NCBI GenBank assembly: GCA_017512465.1
Contig: JAFWGH010000025.1
Span: 1-52,662, forward strand
Direction: 5' to 3'
Origin: Clostridia bacterium
Lineage (GTDB): Bacteria; Bacillota; Clostridia; Oscillospirales; Acutalibacteraceae
DNA length: 52,662 bases
This document shows, piece after piece, positions 26,882 to 36,376 of the stretch. The notes under the pieces were generated by a model. That model was not told where the DNA came from and did no database searches. It worked only from the letters and a program-made list of their open reading frames with translations. The translations under genes were made by a program, and so were the position numbers. Numbering within the stretch: position 1 is the first letter of the stretch; every line of letters starts with the position of its first letter.

Positions 26882-27086
26882 TCAAAAACTCCTCAAAAAA
26901 ACTGACGCCACTTGTGACATACCTTTTAAATGCCGAAACACCTTGAAAAACAGCGAGCTCTGCACGCTGATGTATGTCGTGCGGTGACGCCGCACTTAAT
27001 CCTGTTTCCAATAATTTCTTCAATTTATTGGTTTCAGTCCAATTTTCCATCCAAATATTTCGTTCCGCGTTTATCGTTATGTTCAA
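26874..27086 (-). CDS. Hypothetical small protein.
   Basis: 70-aa ORF that overlaps both neighbours. Coding status is uncertain. Confidence 0.3.
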   Translation of the reverse strand: MNITINAERNIWMENWTETNKLKKLLETGLSAASPHDIHQRAELAVFQGVSAFKRYVTSGVSFFEEFLNE

Positions 27087-27459
27087 GTATTCCGTTTATA
27101 TCCGCCACAATATTGTAAATGATTTTCTTTTTCGTATGCCATTTATTGAGGTTGCAGATTGAATAAATACTGGTGATTTGTATATTGTCTTTGTATCTCG
27201 GTTCGATTTCAATCATCCCGTTTTCGACTAATTCTTTCAGAGCTTTATCGACAGTAGATACGCTTATCCCGCCGCAATTATCTCCGATAGTTTTTCGGGA
27301 GGGATGACACTCGCCCATGTTGTCACTGATGAAAGCAAGGTAACACAAAACGTAAAATGCTTTGGGAGATAGGTCATAATACTTTATGACATCGTTAGGG
27401 ATAAAGAAATAATTTCCGGCTTTCAAAAATGTTTTTTGTTCCTGAAAAGTCATCTGCAA
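27034..27459 (-). CDS. RepA_N-like / winged-HTH replication-initiator-like protein.
   Basis: YFFIPNDVIKYYDLSPKAFYVLCYLAFISDNMGECHPSRKTIGDNCGGISVSTVDKALKELVENGMIEIE fits the RepA_N pattern (F.iP..l...LS..ak.ly..L...g.c.pS...i....g.S..Tv.kal.eL...glI). Confidence 0.6.
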   Translation of the reverse strand: MQMTFQEQKTFLKAGNYFFIPNDVIKYYDLSPKAFYVLCYLAFISDNMGECHPSRKTIGDNCGGISVSTVDKALKELVENGMIEIEPRYKDNIQITSIYSICNLNKWHTKKKIIYNIVADINGILEHNDKRGTKYLDGKLD

Positions 27460-27657
27460 ACCTCCTTCCGAAAACTAAAAATCATAAGGGCGGAACTTGT
27501 TCCAGCCTAATGATAACATTGCATATTTTCAGTTTCAATAGTTTTCGATTTACCGTACAGATTTTTGGACAGAAAAGAAAAACTGCAGTCGCCGAACACG
27601 ATTTTTCTTGACTGCGATTTTTAAATAATATACAATTTTTATATTGTTTGAAAAGGA

Positions 27658-27683
27658 TAACCGCCCTGCTTGCGCAGAGCGGG
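27658..27683 (-). terminator. Terminator-like hairpin after the ABC transporter operon.
   Basis: ccgccctgc-ttgc-gcagagcgg just downstream of the stop at 27691, followed on the minus strand by TTATCCTTTTC. Confidence 0.5.
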
Positions 27684-27690
27684 TTTTAAT

Positions 27691-28626
27691 TTATAATCTC
27701 AGTTCATCTTCTTTGCGCTGCTTGCGGGAGGAGATGGAGAGAGGGATGGCGCAGCCGATGCCGCCGCCGAAGACCGTACCGCCGAGGAGAAACGCCCACC
27801 ACTGTGGATTCTTTTTTTCGTCCTTTTCTTCTTCATCGGTTTTGGTTTCTACCTTCTTTTCAATAACGGTTGCGACGTCAACGGTCTTTGTGTATTCTTC
27901 TCCGAACTCGTCCTCGTAGGATATTGTTATCGTTCCTTTTGTTTCGCCGAGGGTGTTCGTTGCGCGCAGGTTGGCGCTGCCTGCGCCGCTTTCGCCTGCC
28001 TCAATCTCGCCGACGAACGTCGTGCCGCCGCTTTCCAGATTCGGTATATCAAAATCAATTTTGAGGTTGCGGATTTTGCACTTGCCCGTATTCATAAAGC
28101 TCATATCGAGCGTGACGGTATCGCCTTCAACCACCTTTGCCGGAAGCTGCACACCACTGAAATCTAGTCCCGTTTTCTGCTTCACATTCAAGCGAAGGAC
28201 GTCGGAGCCACTGTAAGCGGTATAATATTTATCTTCGTACTCACTTGAAACAGTAACGGCGTGCTCGCCGATTTGCGCCGTTTTTGCGGCAGTCAGCTTG
28301 ACAGTCCACGTGTAAGTTGAGCCTACATAGATTCTTTCAACATACTGCGTGCCAGTTCCGACAGGCTTGATGTCACCGCTTTCCTCGGTGATAGAAAGTT
28401 TGATGTTGCGAAGCGCTTTCGTGCTGCTGTAGTTTTTCAGAGTTACTTTCAGTTCGCTCTCTTTACCGGGCTTCAGACTTTCTGTGTCCAACGAATAGTC
28501 CGTCACCATCAACCTCGGCTGAGAAGCGTCAATATTTTCTTCCTTCGGCTCATCCTCTGCAAAGGCGGTCAACCCAAACGCAAAACAGAAGATAAGAGCA
28601 AGCATAATTGTTATTAGTTTTTTCAT
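27691..28626 (-). CDS. Exported protein with two CARDB/COG1361-like beta domains and a C-terminal TM anchor.
   Basis: Signal peptide MKKLITIMLALIFCFAFGLTAFA. Two similar beta-rich halves follow, then an E/K linker and the TM WWAFLLGGTVFGGGIGCAIPL. It is translationally adjacent to the permease gene. Confidence 0.6.
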   Translation of the reverse strand: MKKLITIMLALIFCFAFGLTAFAEDEPKEENIDASQPRLMVTDYSLDTESLKPGKESELKVTLKNYSSTKALRNIKLSITEESGDIKPVGTGTQYVERIYVGSTYTWTVKLTAAKTAQIGEHAVTVSSEYEDKYYTAYSGSDVLRLNVKQKTGLDFSGVQLPAKVVEGDTVTLDMSFMNTGKCKIRNLKIDFDIPNLESGGTTFVGEIEAGESGAGSANLRATNTLGETKGTITISYEDEFGEEYTKTVDVATVIEKKVETKTDEEEKDEKKNPQWWAFLLGGTVFGGGIGCAIPLSISSRKQRKEDELRL

Positions 28627-28627
28627 A

Positions 28628-31408
28628 TCAAAGCTCCCTTATGTTCTCTACAATGCTGTTTTTCATTTCCTTGCGGATTTTTGACCAAAGACTAAATGAG
28701 CATATTGCAAACAATAAAACAACTAAAATTACTGTAGGCAACGGATTGAAAATGAACTCAAAACTCGGCGTCCAATCCTGAACGTGCATATTTGAAAAGT
28801 GTTGTTTGCAGTATAAACCAATAAAGGCTAACACAAAACCTACGAAGCCTATTCCTGTTCCCCAACCGAACATAGAAAGCAGTTGTTTAATATAGCAGCT
28901 TACAAGTTCTTTTTCGGAGGCGCCTACTGCACGCAGCGTCCCAAGCTGTCGTTTATTATCACGAATTCCTGAAGAAAGGGCATTATTAATAATGCTTCCG
29001 CAAATCGTAAATAACAAGATGATAACGGCGTACATAACAATCATCAACTTGTTCATCGTTTCACGCTGTTCTTTATTGAATTCGTAGTTTGAAGAATAAT
29101 GTGAGTGTGGAACGGTTTGAGCGCCGACTCTAATTGTTCCCATTACTTCACTGTTTATTTCTTCCGTACATTTTCCGTCAAGCCAAAAATAGATACCTTT
29201 ATATTTCTGACCTTCAATGAAATGATTTAATCCAGTGTTTGTTGTAAGGAAACCGAAACTGCTTCCGAAGAAATTGAAATAGCCGTGAGTACTGCTATCG
29301 ATTTCATCAATGATGGCACCTATCTTAACTTTGTAATTCTTTTTAGATATATCTACGTTACTGAATTCGAACTCACTTTTTTCATAGTCATAATCATTGT
29401 TTGACTTATCAGCAGTCAAAATGCTTAATTCAATTTCATCCCCTGCATGATAAGGACACTCTACGGATGCAATTATTTTTGCATTATTTTTCTTTGCATA
29501 TTCTTCTGTTGCGACATTGGTAAATGTTTGAATGCCACCTCCTCGTCTTCCGTAGTTTTCTGTGAACTCGGCAAGAACTAAATTCTTCGGTGCAATCAGG
29601 ATGATTTCCTGACCTGCGTTGAGCTTGTCAACATTAATTTCACCGTCATAAGCGCTTTGCATTTTTACATATTCACTGTCAAGACTTGAAAGACGCATAC
29701 GGCAATAATCACCAATACCTACCTTTTTTTGAAGTCCGAGATGTTCTTCACTTATCTTTGAAAACAATAAATCCTGATAGTTATCCGCTGTAACAGTTTT
29801 TTCATACGTATCGTTACTGTATATTTCGTCTGCTGTGCAGGAGGCAAAATTAATATAATCATTATATCCGTCTTTTAAATTCCAAATAGCATTTGCCCAT
29901 TTCTGTCCGCAGGATTTTGCAATATGTTGATTGCCGTCTACGGACTGTCTGACACTTTCGGAAAAGCCTACGTTTTCATTTTTATAGTTTATACCGTAAT
30001 ACAGAGTTTCCTGAGTAAGCACCATTTCATAGTCAGAGTCCAGCTTATGTTCCTCGTTTTTTGAGTAGGTGATATGGGAAACCATAAAGCAAGAACCGAT
30101 AATAGAAATGACTAAAAATACGCTTACAACAATTTGCCTTGTTTTGCTGAATACAAGGCTTCGTTTAGCAATAAGCGAAGGAACAATATAATCCTTTTTA
30201 GACTTAATATGCTTTGACTTCATTTTCCTTCCGCTGTCAATATTGCGTATCGCTTGCATAGGCGTTACTCTTGACGCACTTTTCAGAGGAATATAGGAAG
30301 CGATTATGATAGCCAAAACACTAAACAATGCACAAATCAATAACGCCCCAACATTCTGATTCGCAACATAATCATCGCCCATTAGTTTCAGAATTGACCT
30401 TACTGCAAAATAAGAAATCAACAATGAAACGGGAACACATACTAAACTGATAATAAAGGCCTCTCGCCCAAATATTTTTATGATTTGGCGCTTTGTTGCT
30501 CCAACCGCGCGGAGCATACCTATCTGCTTCTTACGTTGCGAAAGGTTTGAACTAAACGAGTTAATAACGGCAAGACAAGAAGCAAGAGCAAGTACAAAAG
30601 CAATAATACCGTAAAATGCAACGGAAAGCATTTGATCCCAGCCAATGCTGTAATCCATTAAGTTTCTCTGACCGATATTTATAAGCTCACCGTAATCTAT
30701 TTTTCTTGAGGAGTAGAATTCGTCAAGGGCGGAATTGTTTTTCAGAAATCCATATCGGCACAAATTCTCCTTCCCGCCGACTGCAGTTTGAGTGCCTGGG
30801 CATACAAACGCCGAGGGAATAGTTTTACTGTATTCCATTTCGTTGATATTGGCAACTTTGTTACGCAATATACCCGTAAGCGTATATGTTTTTTTATTTA
30901 TATCTGCCGCAGGTGCATCGCCCATCATTTCGGCATAATTAAGCGTTATTTTGTCACCGACTTTTGCATTGATACCAAGACGGACAAGCGTAGTGCTTTC
31001 AAAGGCTATCTCGCCTTCTTTTGTGGGATAAGAGCCTTCAAGCAATACGGGGTTAGCAAGCTCCATTCCCTTATCGTCAAGCCATGCAATATATGCACCG
31101 TTATTTTCATTTTCTCCGCTTCCGTAGGCATAACCTACAATGTGTGCTGTTCCGTATTCTTTACTGATAGCGCCGGAAGATATTAGATCGTTTAGCTTAT
31201 CATCTTCCATGTTCATCATTATTAAGTCCGCTTTGCCGTAATCAAGGTCTTTTATATTCATAAAGGTCGAATAGGCACTAAAAGCGAAATAAATGATACT
31301 TGACGAAAACACCATGGCAAGAATGATGCCGATAATCATTATGGTATATTGCTTGCGGCGGTGCTTGAGGTTGCCGATTGCAAGGCGGTTTACTGTGAGG
31401 TTTTTCAT
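28628..31408 (-). CDS. FtsX-family ABC transporter permease (926 aa, two FtsX modules with large extracytoplasmic loops).
   Basis: Two copies of the pattern K.IG.LRA.GA....I (QIGMLRAVGATKRQI and QLGTLRAVGASEKEL), each followed by 3 TM segments. The N-terminus MKNLTVNRLAIGNLKHRRKQY is typical of this family. Confidence 0.85.
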   Translation of the reverse strand: MKNLTVNRLAIGNLKHRRKQYTIMIIGIILAMVFSSSIIYFAFSAYSTFMNIKDLDYGKADLIMMNMEDDKLNDLISSGAISKEYGTAHIVGYAYGSGENENNGAYIAWLDDKGMELANPVLLEGSYPTKEGEIAFESTTLVRLGINAKVGDKITLNYAEMMGDAPAADINKKTYTLTGILRNKVANINEMEYSKTIPSAFVCPGTQTAVGGKENLCRYGFLKNNSALDEFYSSRKIDYGELINIGQRNLMDYSIGWDQMLSVAFYGIIAFVLALASCLAVINSFSSNLSQRKKQIGMLRAVGATKRQIIKIFGREAFIISLVCVPVSLLISYFAVRSILKLMGDDYVANQNVGALLICALFSVLAIIIASYIPLKSASRVTPMQAIRNIDSGRKMKSKHIKSKKDYIVPSLIAKRSLVFSKTRQIVVSVFLVISIIGSCFMVSHITYSKNEEHKLDSDYEMVLTQETLYYGINYKNENVGFSESVRQSVDGNQHIAKSCGQKWANAIWNLKDGYNDYINFASCTADEIYSNDTYEKTVTADNYQDLLFSKISEEHLGLQKKVGIGDYCRMRLSSLDSEYVKMQSAYDGEINVDKLNAGQEIILIAPKNLVLAEFTENYGRRGGGIQTFTNVATEEYAKKNNAKIIASVECPYHAGDEIELSILTADKSNNDYDYEKSEFEFSNVDISKKNYKVKIGAIIDEIDSSTHGYFNFFGSSFGFLTTNTGLNHFIEGQKYKGIYFWLDGKCTEEINSEVMGTIRVGAQTVPHSHYSSNYEFNKEQRETMNKLMIVMYAVIILLFTICGSIINNALSSGIRDNKRQLGTLRAVGASEKELVSCYIKQLLSMFGWGTGIGFVGFVLAFIGLYCKQHFSNMHVQDWTPSFEFIFNPLPTVILVVLLFAICSFSLWSKIRKEMKNSIVENIREL

Positions 31409-32094
31409 TACTCGCTCACCGCCTTCGTATCTCTGACTATTCTTCCGTCCTCAAGCGTGAGCACTCTGTCCGCCTGCTCTGCTACGTGCAAATCGTGGGT
31501 AACGAGAATCAGCGTAACGCCGAGTTCACGGGCCGCATATTTGAGGAGAGAGAGCACCTCGCGTCCGCTTTTGCCGTCAAGGTTACCTGTCGGCTCATCT
31601 GCAAAGAGGATTGACGGCTTGTTGGCAAGCGCCCTTGCAATCGCAATTCTCTGTTGCTGACCGCCCGAAAGCGCGGAGGGCAGATGCTCCAGCCTGTCCT
31701 CAATGCCGAGGATTTTTATAATCTTATTCAGATATTCCTCGTCGGGCTTTTTCTTATCCAGCATAATCGGGAGCAGGATATTTTCATATCCAGTCAGCTC
31801 GTTAACAAGGTTGTAAGCCTGAAAAACAAAGCCGAAGCGCCTGCGTCTTAAAATGGATAACTGATTGTCATTGTAATCCGAGAGTTTCTTTTCGCCGTAG
31901 GTGACGAAGCCGCTTGTCGGATTTTCAAGGGAGGACAGCACATGCAAAAAGGTGGATTTACCGGAACCGGACGGACCCGTAATCGCACAAAACTCTCCCT
32001 GTGTGAAGGCAATCGTTACATCGTCAACGGCTTTCACAATATTCTCGCCGCTGATATATTCCTTTGTTAAATTCGTACATTCGATAATATTCAT
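31408..32094 (-). CDS. ABC transporter ATP-binding protein (MacB/LolD-like).
   Basis: Walker A GPSGSGKST, signature LSGGQQQR and Walker B ILFADEPTGNLD. Its stop overlaps the permease start. Confidence 0.9.
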   Translation of the reverse strand: MNIIECTNLTKEYISGENIVKAVDDVTIAFTQGEFCAITGPSGSGKSTFLHVLSSLENPTSGFVTYGEKKLSDYNDNQLSILRRRRFGFVFQAYNLVNELTGYENILLPIMLDKKKPDEEYLNKIIKILGIEDRLEHLPSALSGGQQQRIAIARALANKPSILFADEPTGNLDGKSGREVLSLLKYAARELGVTLILVTHDLHVAEQADRVLTLEDGRIVRDTKAVSE

Positions 32095-32155
32095 AATACA
32101 GACTTCCTTTCTATGCCTTCATCATACCGTGTCAACCTTACAATAAGGTGTATTT

Positions 32156-32174
32156 AATCTTAAGATTTCGTAAG
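32156..32174. promoter_or_regulatory. Candidate response-regulator operator upstream of the ABC operon.
   Basis: AATCTTAAGATTTCGTAAG contains the perfect palindrome AATCTTAAGATT. It lies 62 nt upstream of the ATPase ATG. An identical 19-mer in inverted orientation lies at 33811-33829. Confidence 0.6.
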
Positions 32175-32199
32175 AAAAGACGGCTTTTGCCGTCTTTTC
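32175..32199 (-). terminator. Terminator after the histidine kinase gene.
   Basis: aaaagacggc-tttt-gccgtctttt, a perfect 10-bp stem with a T-run, overlapping the HK stop. Confidence 0.7.
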
Positions 32200-33091
32200 A
32201 TATTGCTATTGCTCCGTCAATGTGCGGGAAGCACATAATTACGTTCAGTCCTTCGCCCGTATTCTCGGCGGTGATTGTACCGTGATGCTTTTCAACGATT
32301 GCCTTTGTGATGGCAAGACCGATGCCTGCGCTGTTCGGGTTAGTGTTTTCCGTTCTGTGAAAACGCTGAAACAGCTTTGGCAGTTCTTCTTCTGCAACAC
32401 CACCACCGTTATCCTTAATGCTGACGGTGGTTGATTGCTCGCTGCTTTCAATCGTTATTTCAATTTTGCCGTCGTCGGCGGTATGCTCGCTTGCATTTTT
32501 AATCACGTTGCCGAGCGCCTCACTCATCCACGCTTTGTCCAAACGGAAACGGCTGCTGCCCGTAACGGTATACTCTTTGTTCGGGAACAGCGGTTTGAAT
32601 TCGCTGGTCACCTCATCGGCTACCTCTTTTATATCGCAGAATGCGAAGTCCATCACGTAGGAATCGCTCTTGATTTTCTCAAGGCGAAGGAGCTTGTAGA
32701 TAAGGTTTTCCATCTTATCTATGAGCTGAAGCTCCTTTTCCGTGTGCTCGTTAGGGCTCTCGCTATGCTCCATTTCAACGTAAAGGCGCATTGCCGCAAG
32801 CGGTGTTTTGAGCTGGTGAGAGATGTCGGATATGAATTCCGAATTCTTTTTGCTTTCCCTCGCCGTGTTGCTCTTTTCAAGACGAAGGCGGTTTTCCAAA
32901 TCCGCCACAGCATTGTGCAGGTGAGAAAAATGGTTGTCCGCCGTGCTGTATTCCGTGAGTTTTTCGCTTTCAATGGCGGTGGATAATTTATCAATATCCT
33001 TATGAATTTTGCGGTTGTTGATAAACAGAATCATGCTGATTATCAGCAGCACCGCGCATACAATTATCATTATCAGAAGAGGTATATTCAT
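32198..33091 (-). CDS. Sensor histidine kinase with a single N-terminal TM and no extracytoplasmic sensor domain.
   Basis: H-box SDISHQLKTPL, N-box VIKNASEHT and G-boxes KDNGGG and GIGLAI. It overlaps the RR gene by 4 nt. Confidence 0.9.
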   Translation of the reverse strand: MNIPLLIMIIVCAVLLIISMILFINNRKIHKDIDKLSTAIESEKLTEYSTADNHFSHLHNAVADLENRLRLEKSNTARESKKNSEFISDISHQLKTPLAAMRLYVEMEHSESPNEHTEKELQLIDKMENLIYKLLRLEKIKSDSYVMDFAFCDIKEVADEVTSEFKPLFPNKEYTVTGSSRFRLDKAWMSEALGNVIKNASEHTADDGKIEITIESSEQSTTVSIKDNGGGVAEEELPKLFQRFHRTENTNPNSAGIGLAITKAIVEKHHGTITAENTGEGLNVIMCFPHIDGAIAI

Positions 33092-33750
33092 GCCTTATCC
33101 TCCCATCTGTAACCGACGCCGCGCACGGTTTTGATATGCTCTGCGCCTATTTTTTCACGCAGTCGGCTGATATGCACGGACAGGGTGTTATCGTCGATGA
33201 AATTGCCAGCGTCGTCCCAGATATTCTGCAACAGAATATTTCTTGTGACGATAATCCCGTTATTGCGGATAAGGGTGGATAGAATTTGAAACTCTGTGGG
33301 CGTTACAAAAACAACCTCACCGTCCTTCTTGACCATCATTGTGTTAACATCTATGGCAAGTCCACCAGCGTTATACACGCTGTTCGTGTTTCTGCGAAGG
33401 AGCGCACGCACACGGGAGAGGAGTTCCAAAAGCTTGAACGGCTTTGTTACATAATCGTCTGCACCTGCGTCAAGTCCGCGCACTACCTGTATTTCATCAT
33501 CACAGGCAGTCAGAAACAGAATCGGAATGTTGTTACCGCCGGTGCGCACCTCGGCGCAGAAAGAAAAGCCGTCACCGTCGGGAAGCATCACATCAAGGAT
33601 AAGCAGGTTATACGCTTTTGCAGCAAGCGCCGCCCTTGCATCTGCGATACAAGGTGCAGCATCAACGGCGTAGCCTTCCTTTTCCAGCATCTCTTTTAAT
33701 CCGTCACGGAGGAACGCATCATCCTCTGTGAGTAATATATTTGAACTCAT
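33088..33750 (-). CDS. OmpR-family response regulator.
   Basis: Receiver domain (LLTEDD...LLILDVMLPDGDG...KP) followed by a winged-helix C-terminus (TPTEFQILSTL...VHISRLREKI...VRGVGYRW). Confidence 0.9.
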   Translation of the reverse strand: MSSNILLTEDDAFLRDGLKEMLEKEGYAVDAAPCIADARAALAAKAYNLLILDVMLPDGDGFSFCAEVRTGGNNIPILFLTACDDEIQVVRGLDAGADDYVTKPFKLLELLSRVRALLRRNTNSVYNAGGLAIDVNTMMVKKDGEVVFVTPTEFQILSTLIRNNGIIVTRNILLQNIWDDAGNFIDDNTLSVHISRLREKIGAEHIKTVRGVGYRWEDKA

Positions 33751-33810
33751 TTTATCACCATGTCTATTTTAACATATTAAAAGTGCGGTATCAAGGAAAG
33801 CGACCCTAAC

Positions 33811-33829
33811 CTTACGAAATCTTAAGATT
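33811..33829. promoter_or_regulatory. Candidate response-regulator operator upstream of the RR-HK operon.
   Basis: CTTACGAAATCTTAAGATT is the exact reverse complement of 32156-32174. It lies 61 nt upstream of the RR ATG. Confidence 0.6.
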
Positions 33830-34267
33830 CTCGTTTTCAATTACTATTTGTATTATTATGCGCTCTTGTAAAAACAGCATAGATGGTATCTTCTTCGGAA
33901 AGACAAGTATGTCTTGTCCGTCTCTACTTTTTAGATAGCGGGAGAGCTGCATTTGTATATTCACAGAATAATTATACGAATTGTATTAAACCGTTATCAT
34001 CCGTTCAGTTTTTTTCGGATGGGGTAACGGTCGTTTTGAAGATTTCTATCGTCTACAAACGGGAATTGCAAAAAGCCGAGTCCCGAAACCCTTGAAAACA
34101 CTCACTTTTAAAATTGTAAAAATCGGAAAAAACGCCCAAAAACGCTTCATTGACTTTTTGCGGATATTTTCCTTAATAATGAACAACTCCGTCTAAATCG
34201 CCTTACAGTTCTGAAAACGGGCTTTTAATAGTCCTGTGTAAAGATTTTGAGACGGTTGCCTGAAAAA

Positions 34268-34297
34268 GCAACGCCCTCGGCAAACCGAGGGCGTTAA
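34268..34297 (-). terminator. Terminator after the 126-aa gene.
   Basis: aacgccctcgg-caaa-ccgagggcgtt, an 11-bp stem followed on the minus strand by GCTTTTTC. Confidence 0.7.
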
Positions 34298-34345
34298 TTA
34301 TCCTTGTATTTCAATTATTGTTTTCATCACCGGGGAGTATCACTC

Positions 34346-34726
34346 CTAGTTGTATTTGAAGTTGCCTGTCCACTTGCCGCAGGGGCACGACCACGCTTCA
34401 TATCCGCAAGGACATTTTTCTGTGTATTCTTCCCAGGTGATTTCTCCGCTTTCTTCTTTGTCTGCCCAGTATTTCATTACCTTGTCCACGTGTTTTCTAA
34501 GTGCCTTTTTGGATTTAAACCATTTGCCCATATTGCCTTTCGGCATATAGTGCTTGTGCTTGTGTTTTTTCTTCTTTTTCTTTTTATTCTTGTGGGAAGA
34601 AGTTTTCGCTTTTGCGCTTGCGGAAACTGTTGTCGGCGTTTTTGCTGATACGGTTAACAGTTCCGTATTTACACCCGCCGTTAGCATTACTATTATCGCC
34701 ATAATAATTGATATGTACTTTTTCAT
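34346..34726 (-). CDS. Small secreted protein with a Lys/His-rich tract and a C-terminal CPCG...CPCG motif.
   Basis: Signal peptide MKKYISIIMAIIVMLTAGVNT, then SSHKNKKKKKKKHKHKH and CPCGYEAWSCPCGKWTGNF. No family was recognised. Confidence 0.6.
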   Translation of the reverse strand: MKKYISIIMAIIVMLTAGVNTELLTVSAKTPTTVSASAKAKTSSHKNKKKKKKKHKHKHYMPKGNMGKWFKSKKALRKHVDKVMKYWADKEESGEITWEEYTEKCPCGYEAWSCPCGKWTGNFKYN

Positions 34727-34729
34727 AAG

Positions 34730-34972
34730 TTACCTCCTGCTTTCATTCAACCCGCTTGCGAAGGTATCGATGCTTATCTCCGTATGCAGTTTATCCCAAC
34801 CTTCAGCGTACCGCCTGAACAGTTTTCTGTGTTCACGGTCAAGCTGCGAAACAATTTCTGTTTCAAGCGCTTTCAGCTCTTTGCATAATGACACCTTCTC
34901 ATCAAGGTTGCTGAATTTGTATTCTTTCTGATACTTCGGGTTTAATATGTTTTCTATTATTGTATCCGGCAT
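34730..34972 (-). CDS. Hypothetical small cytoplasmic protein.
   Basis: The track ORF starts at a TTG at 34993. The ATG at 34972 (MPDTIIENIL), preceded by AAGGA, is more plausible. Function unknown. Confidence 0.45.
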   Translation of the reverse strand: MPDTIIENILNPKYQKEYKFSNLDEKVSLCKELKALETEIVSQLDREHRKLFRRYAEGWDKLHTEISIDTFASGLNESRR

Positions 34973-35203
34973 ATCACCACATCCTTGCAACAAACACTAA
35001 TATCACAGAAGGAGTCCAAAGTCCAGATAAACTTTTTTGAAGACTTTTATATTGTTTGTATACTGTTTTTTATACATGGGGTGGCACAATTTTTTCCGTT
35101 GTCCACCGTTTTTGTACTCTTTTTTGGACAGTAAAAATAAACTTTTGTAAAAGACTTGTAATTGACATTTTTATGAGTTACTATGCAAGCGGAGGTGAAT
35201 ACT

Positions 35204-36376
35204 ATGGCAAAAGCAAAGAAGCCGAAAAACCATTACGGTCAGGGCAGTGTATTCTATCTTGACAGCAAGAAGAAGTGGATGGGACAACTCGACCTCGGCA
35301 AAGATGAAAACGGTAAGCGTATCCGCAAAACCGTCCTCGGCGATTCGCCCGAAGAGGTTGAGGAGAAAATGCAGAAGCTGCGTTATGATATATACTCCGG
35401 TAAATTCGTTGACGCAACTACTGTTACCTTTGAGCAACTGATGATGCAGATGCTGAATGAGAAACGGGCTATGAACGAGATTCAGGACCAGACCTATTTC
35501 CGTCATCTTGATACGCTTAAGCATTGCCGCGCCATCAGCGACATTCCGATACAGAAAGTTGACAGCACTATGCTCAAAGAGCTTATGCTGTCAAAGGTCG
35601 ACTATTCACAGTCATACATCCGCAAAATTCATATGATGCTCAACCAGGGATTCGCGGAAGCCGTTAGGCGTAAAATCATTGTTGAGAATCCGATGCTTGA
35701 CGTCCGCCGCCCGAAGTCATCCAAGAAGCCGAAAAAGATTCGTGCTATGACTATGGAGGAGCAAAAGGCGTTTATGGAGGTAATAAAAACAGAACGGGTG
35801 CTTTACGCTGACCAGATGCTGATATCAATGTTCACCGGAATGCGTATGGGAGAGATAAATGCTCTGTCGGTTAAGGATATAAACACGAATTTCAATTTTA
35901 TTAATATTGATAAGACCATCGCAAAGGGGGAGCATAACGAGCCACTCCTGAATAGTTCGCCTAAAACAGAAAAGGGCAACAGGCAGGTTCCGATAAATTC
36001 TATGGTAAAGCCAATAATTGACAGGGTGCTGAAAAACTACATTCCTACGAAGGACGGTATGCTGTTTCATTCATCTGCGGGTAAGCTGATACCTACAACT
36101 TTAGTCAATGCAGAATTCAAGCGTATTCTTAAGGTAAATAATATTAAGGACGAATCTGTGCGCGGCGACTTGACGCTGCACAGCCTACGGCACACATACG
36201 CTACCCGTTGCATTGAGTCGGGTATGCCGCCGAAGGTGCTGCAAAACTTATTAGGACATACGGATATTAAGGTTACGCTTGATACCTACTCGGATGTCTT
36301 TGATAACTTCCAAAATGAGAACGTTGCGAAGGTTGACGAGTACTTAAGTAGTGCGGGTTTAGCGTTAAATGCGTAA
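35204..36376 (+). CDS. int: Tyrosine recombinase / integrase (Tn916-Int-like, with an N-terminal arm-binding domain).
   Basis: GGAGG lies 7 nt before the ATG at 35204 (MAKAKKPKNHYGQGSVFYLDSKKKWMGQLDLGKDENGKRIRKTV). Catalytic region: MRMGEINAL, HSLRHTYATRC, LLGHTDIKVTLDTYS. Confidence 0.9.
   Translation: MAKAKKPKNHYGQGSVFYLDSKKKWMGQLDLGKDENGKRIRKTVLGDSPEEVEEKMQKLRYDIYSGKFVDATTVTFEQLMMQMLNEKRAMNEIQDQTYFRHLDTLKHCRAISDIPIQKVDSTMLKELMLSKVDYSQSYIRKIHMMLNQGFAEAVRRKIIVENPMLDVRRPKSSKKPKKIRAMTMEEQKAFMEVIKTERVLYADQMLISMFTGMRMGEINALSVKDINTNFNFINIDKTIAKGEHNEPLLNSSPKTEKGNRQVPINSMVKPIIDRVLKNYIPTKDGMLFHSSAGKLIPTTLVNAEFKRILKVNNIKDESVRGDLTLHSLRHTYATRCIESGMPPKVLQNLLGHTDIKVTLDTYSDVFDNFQNENVAKVDEYLSSAGLALNA

Noticed and set aside
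33883-34095. A 70-aa + strand ORF in the spacer between the response regulator and the 126-aa gene.
   Set aside because: It has no ribosome-binding site and no recognisable motif, and it lies in an AT-rich promoter/terminator region.
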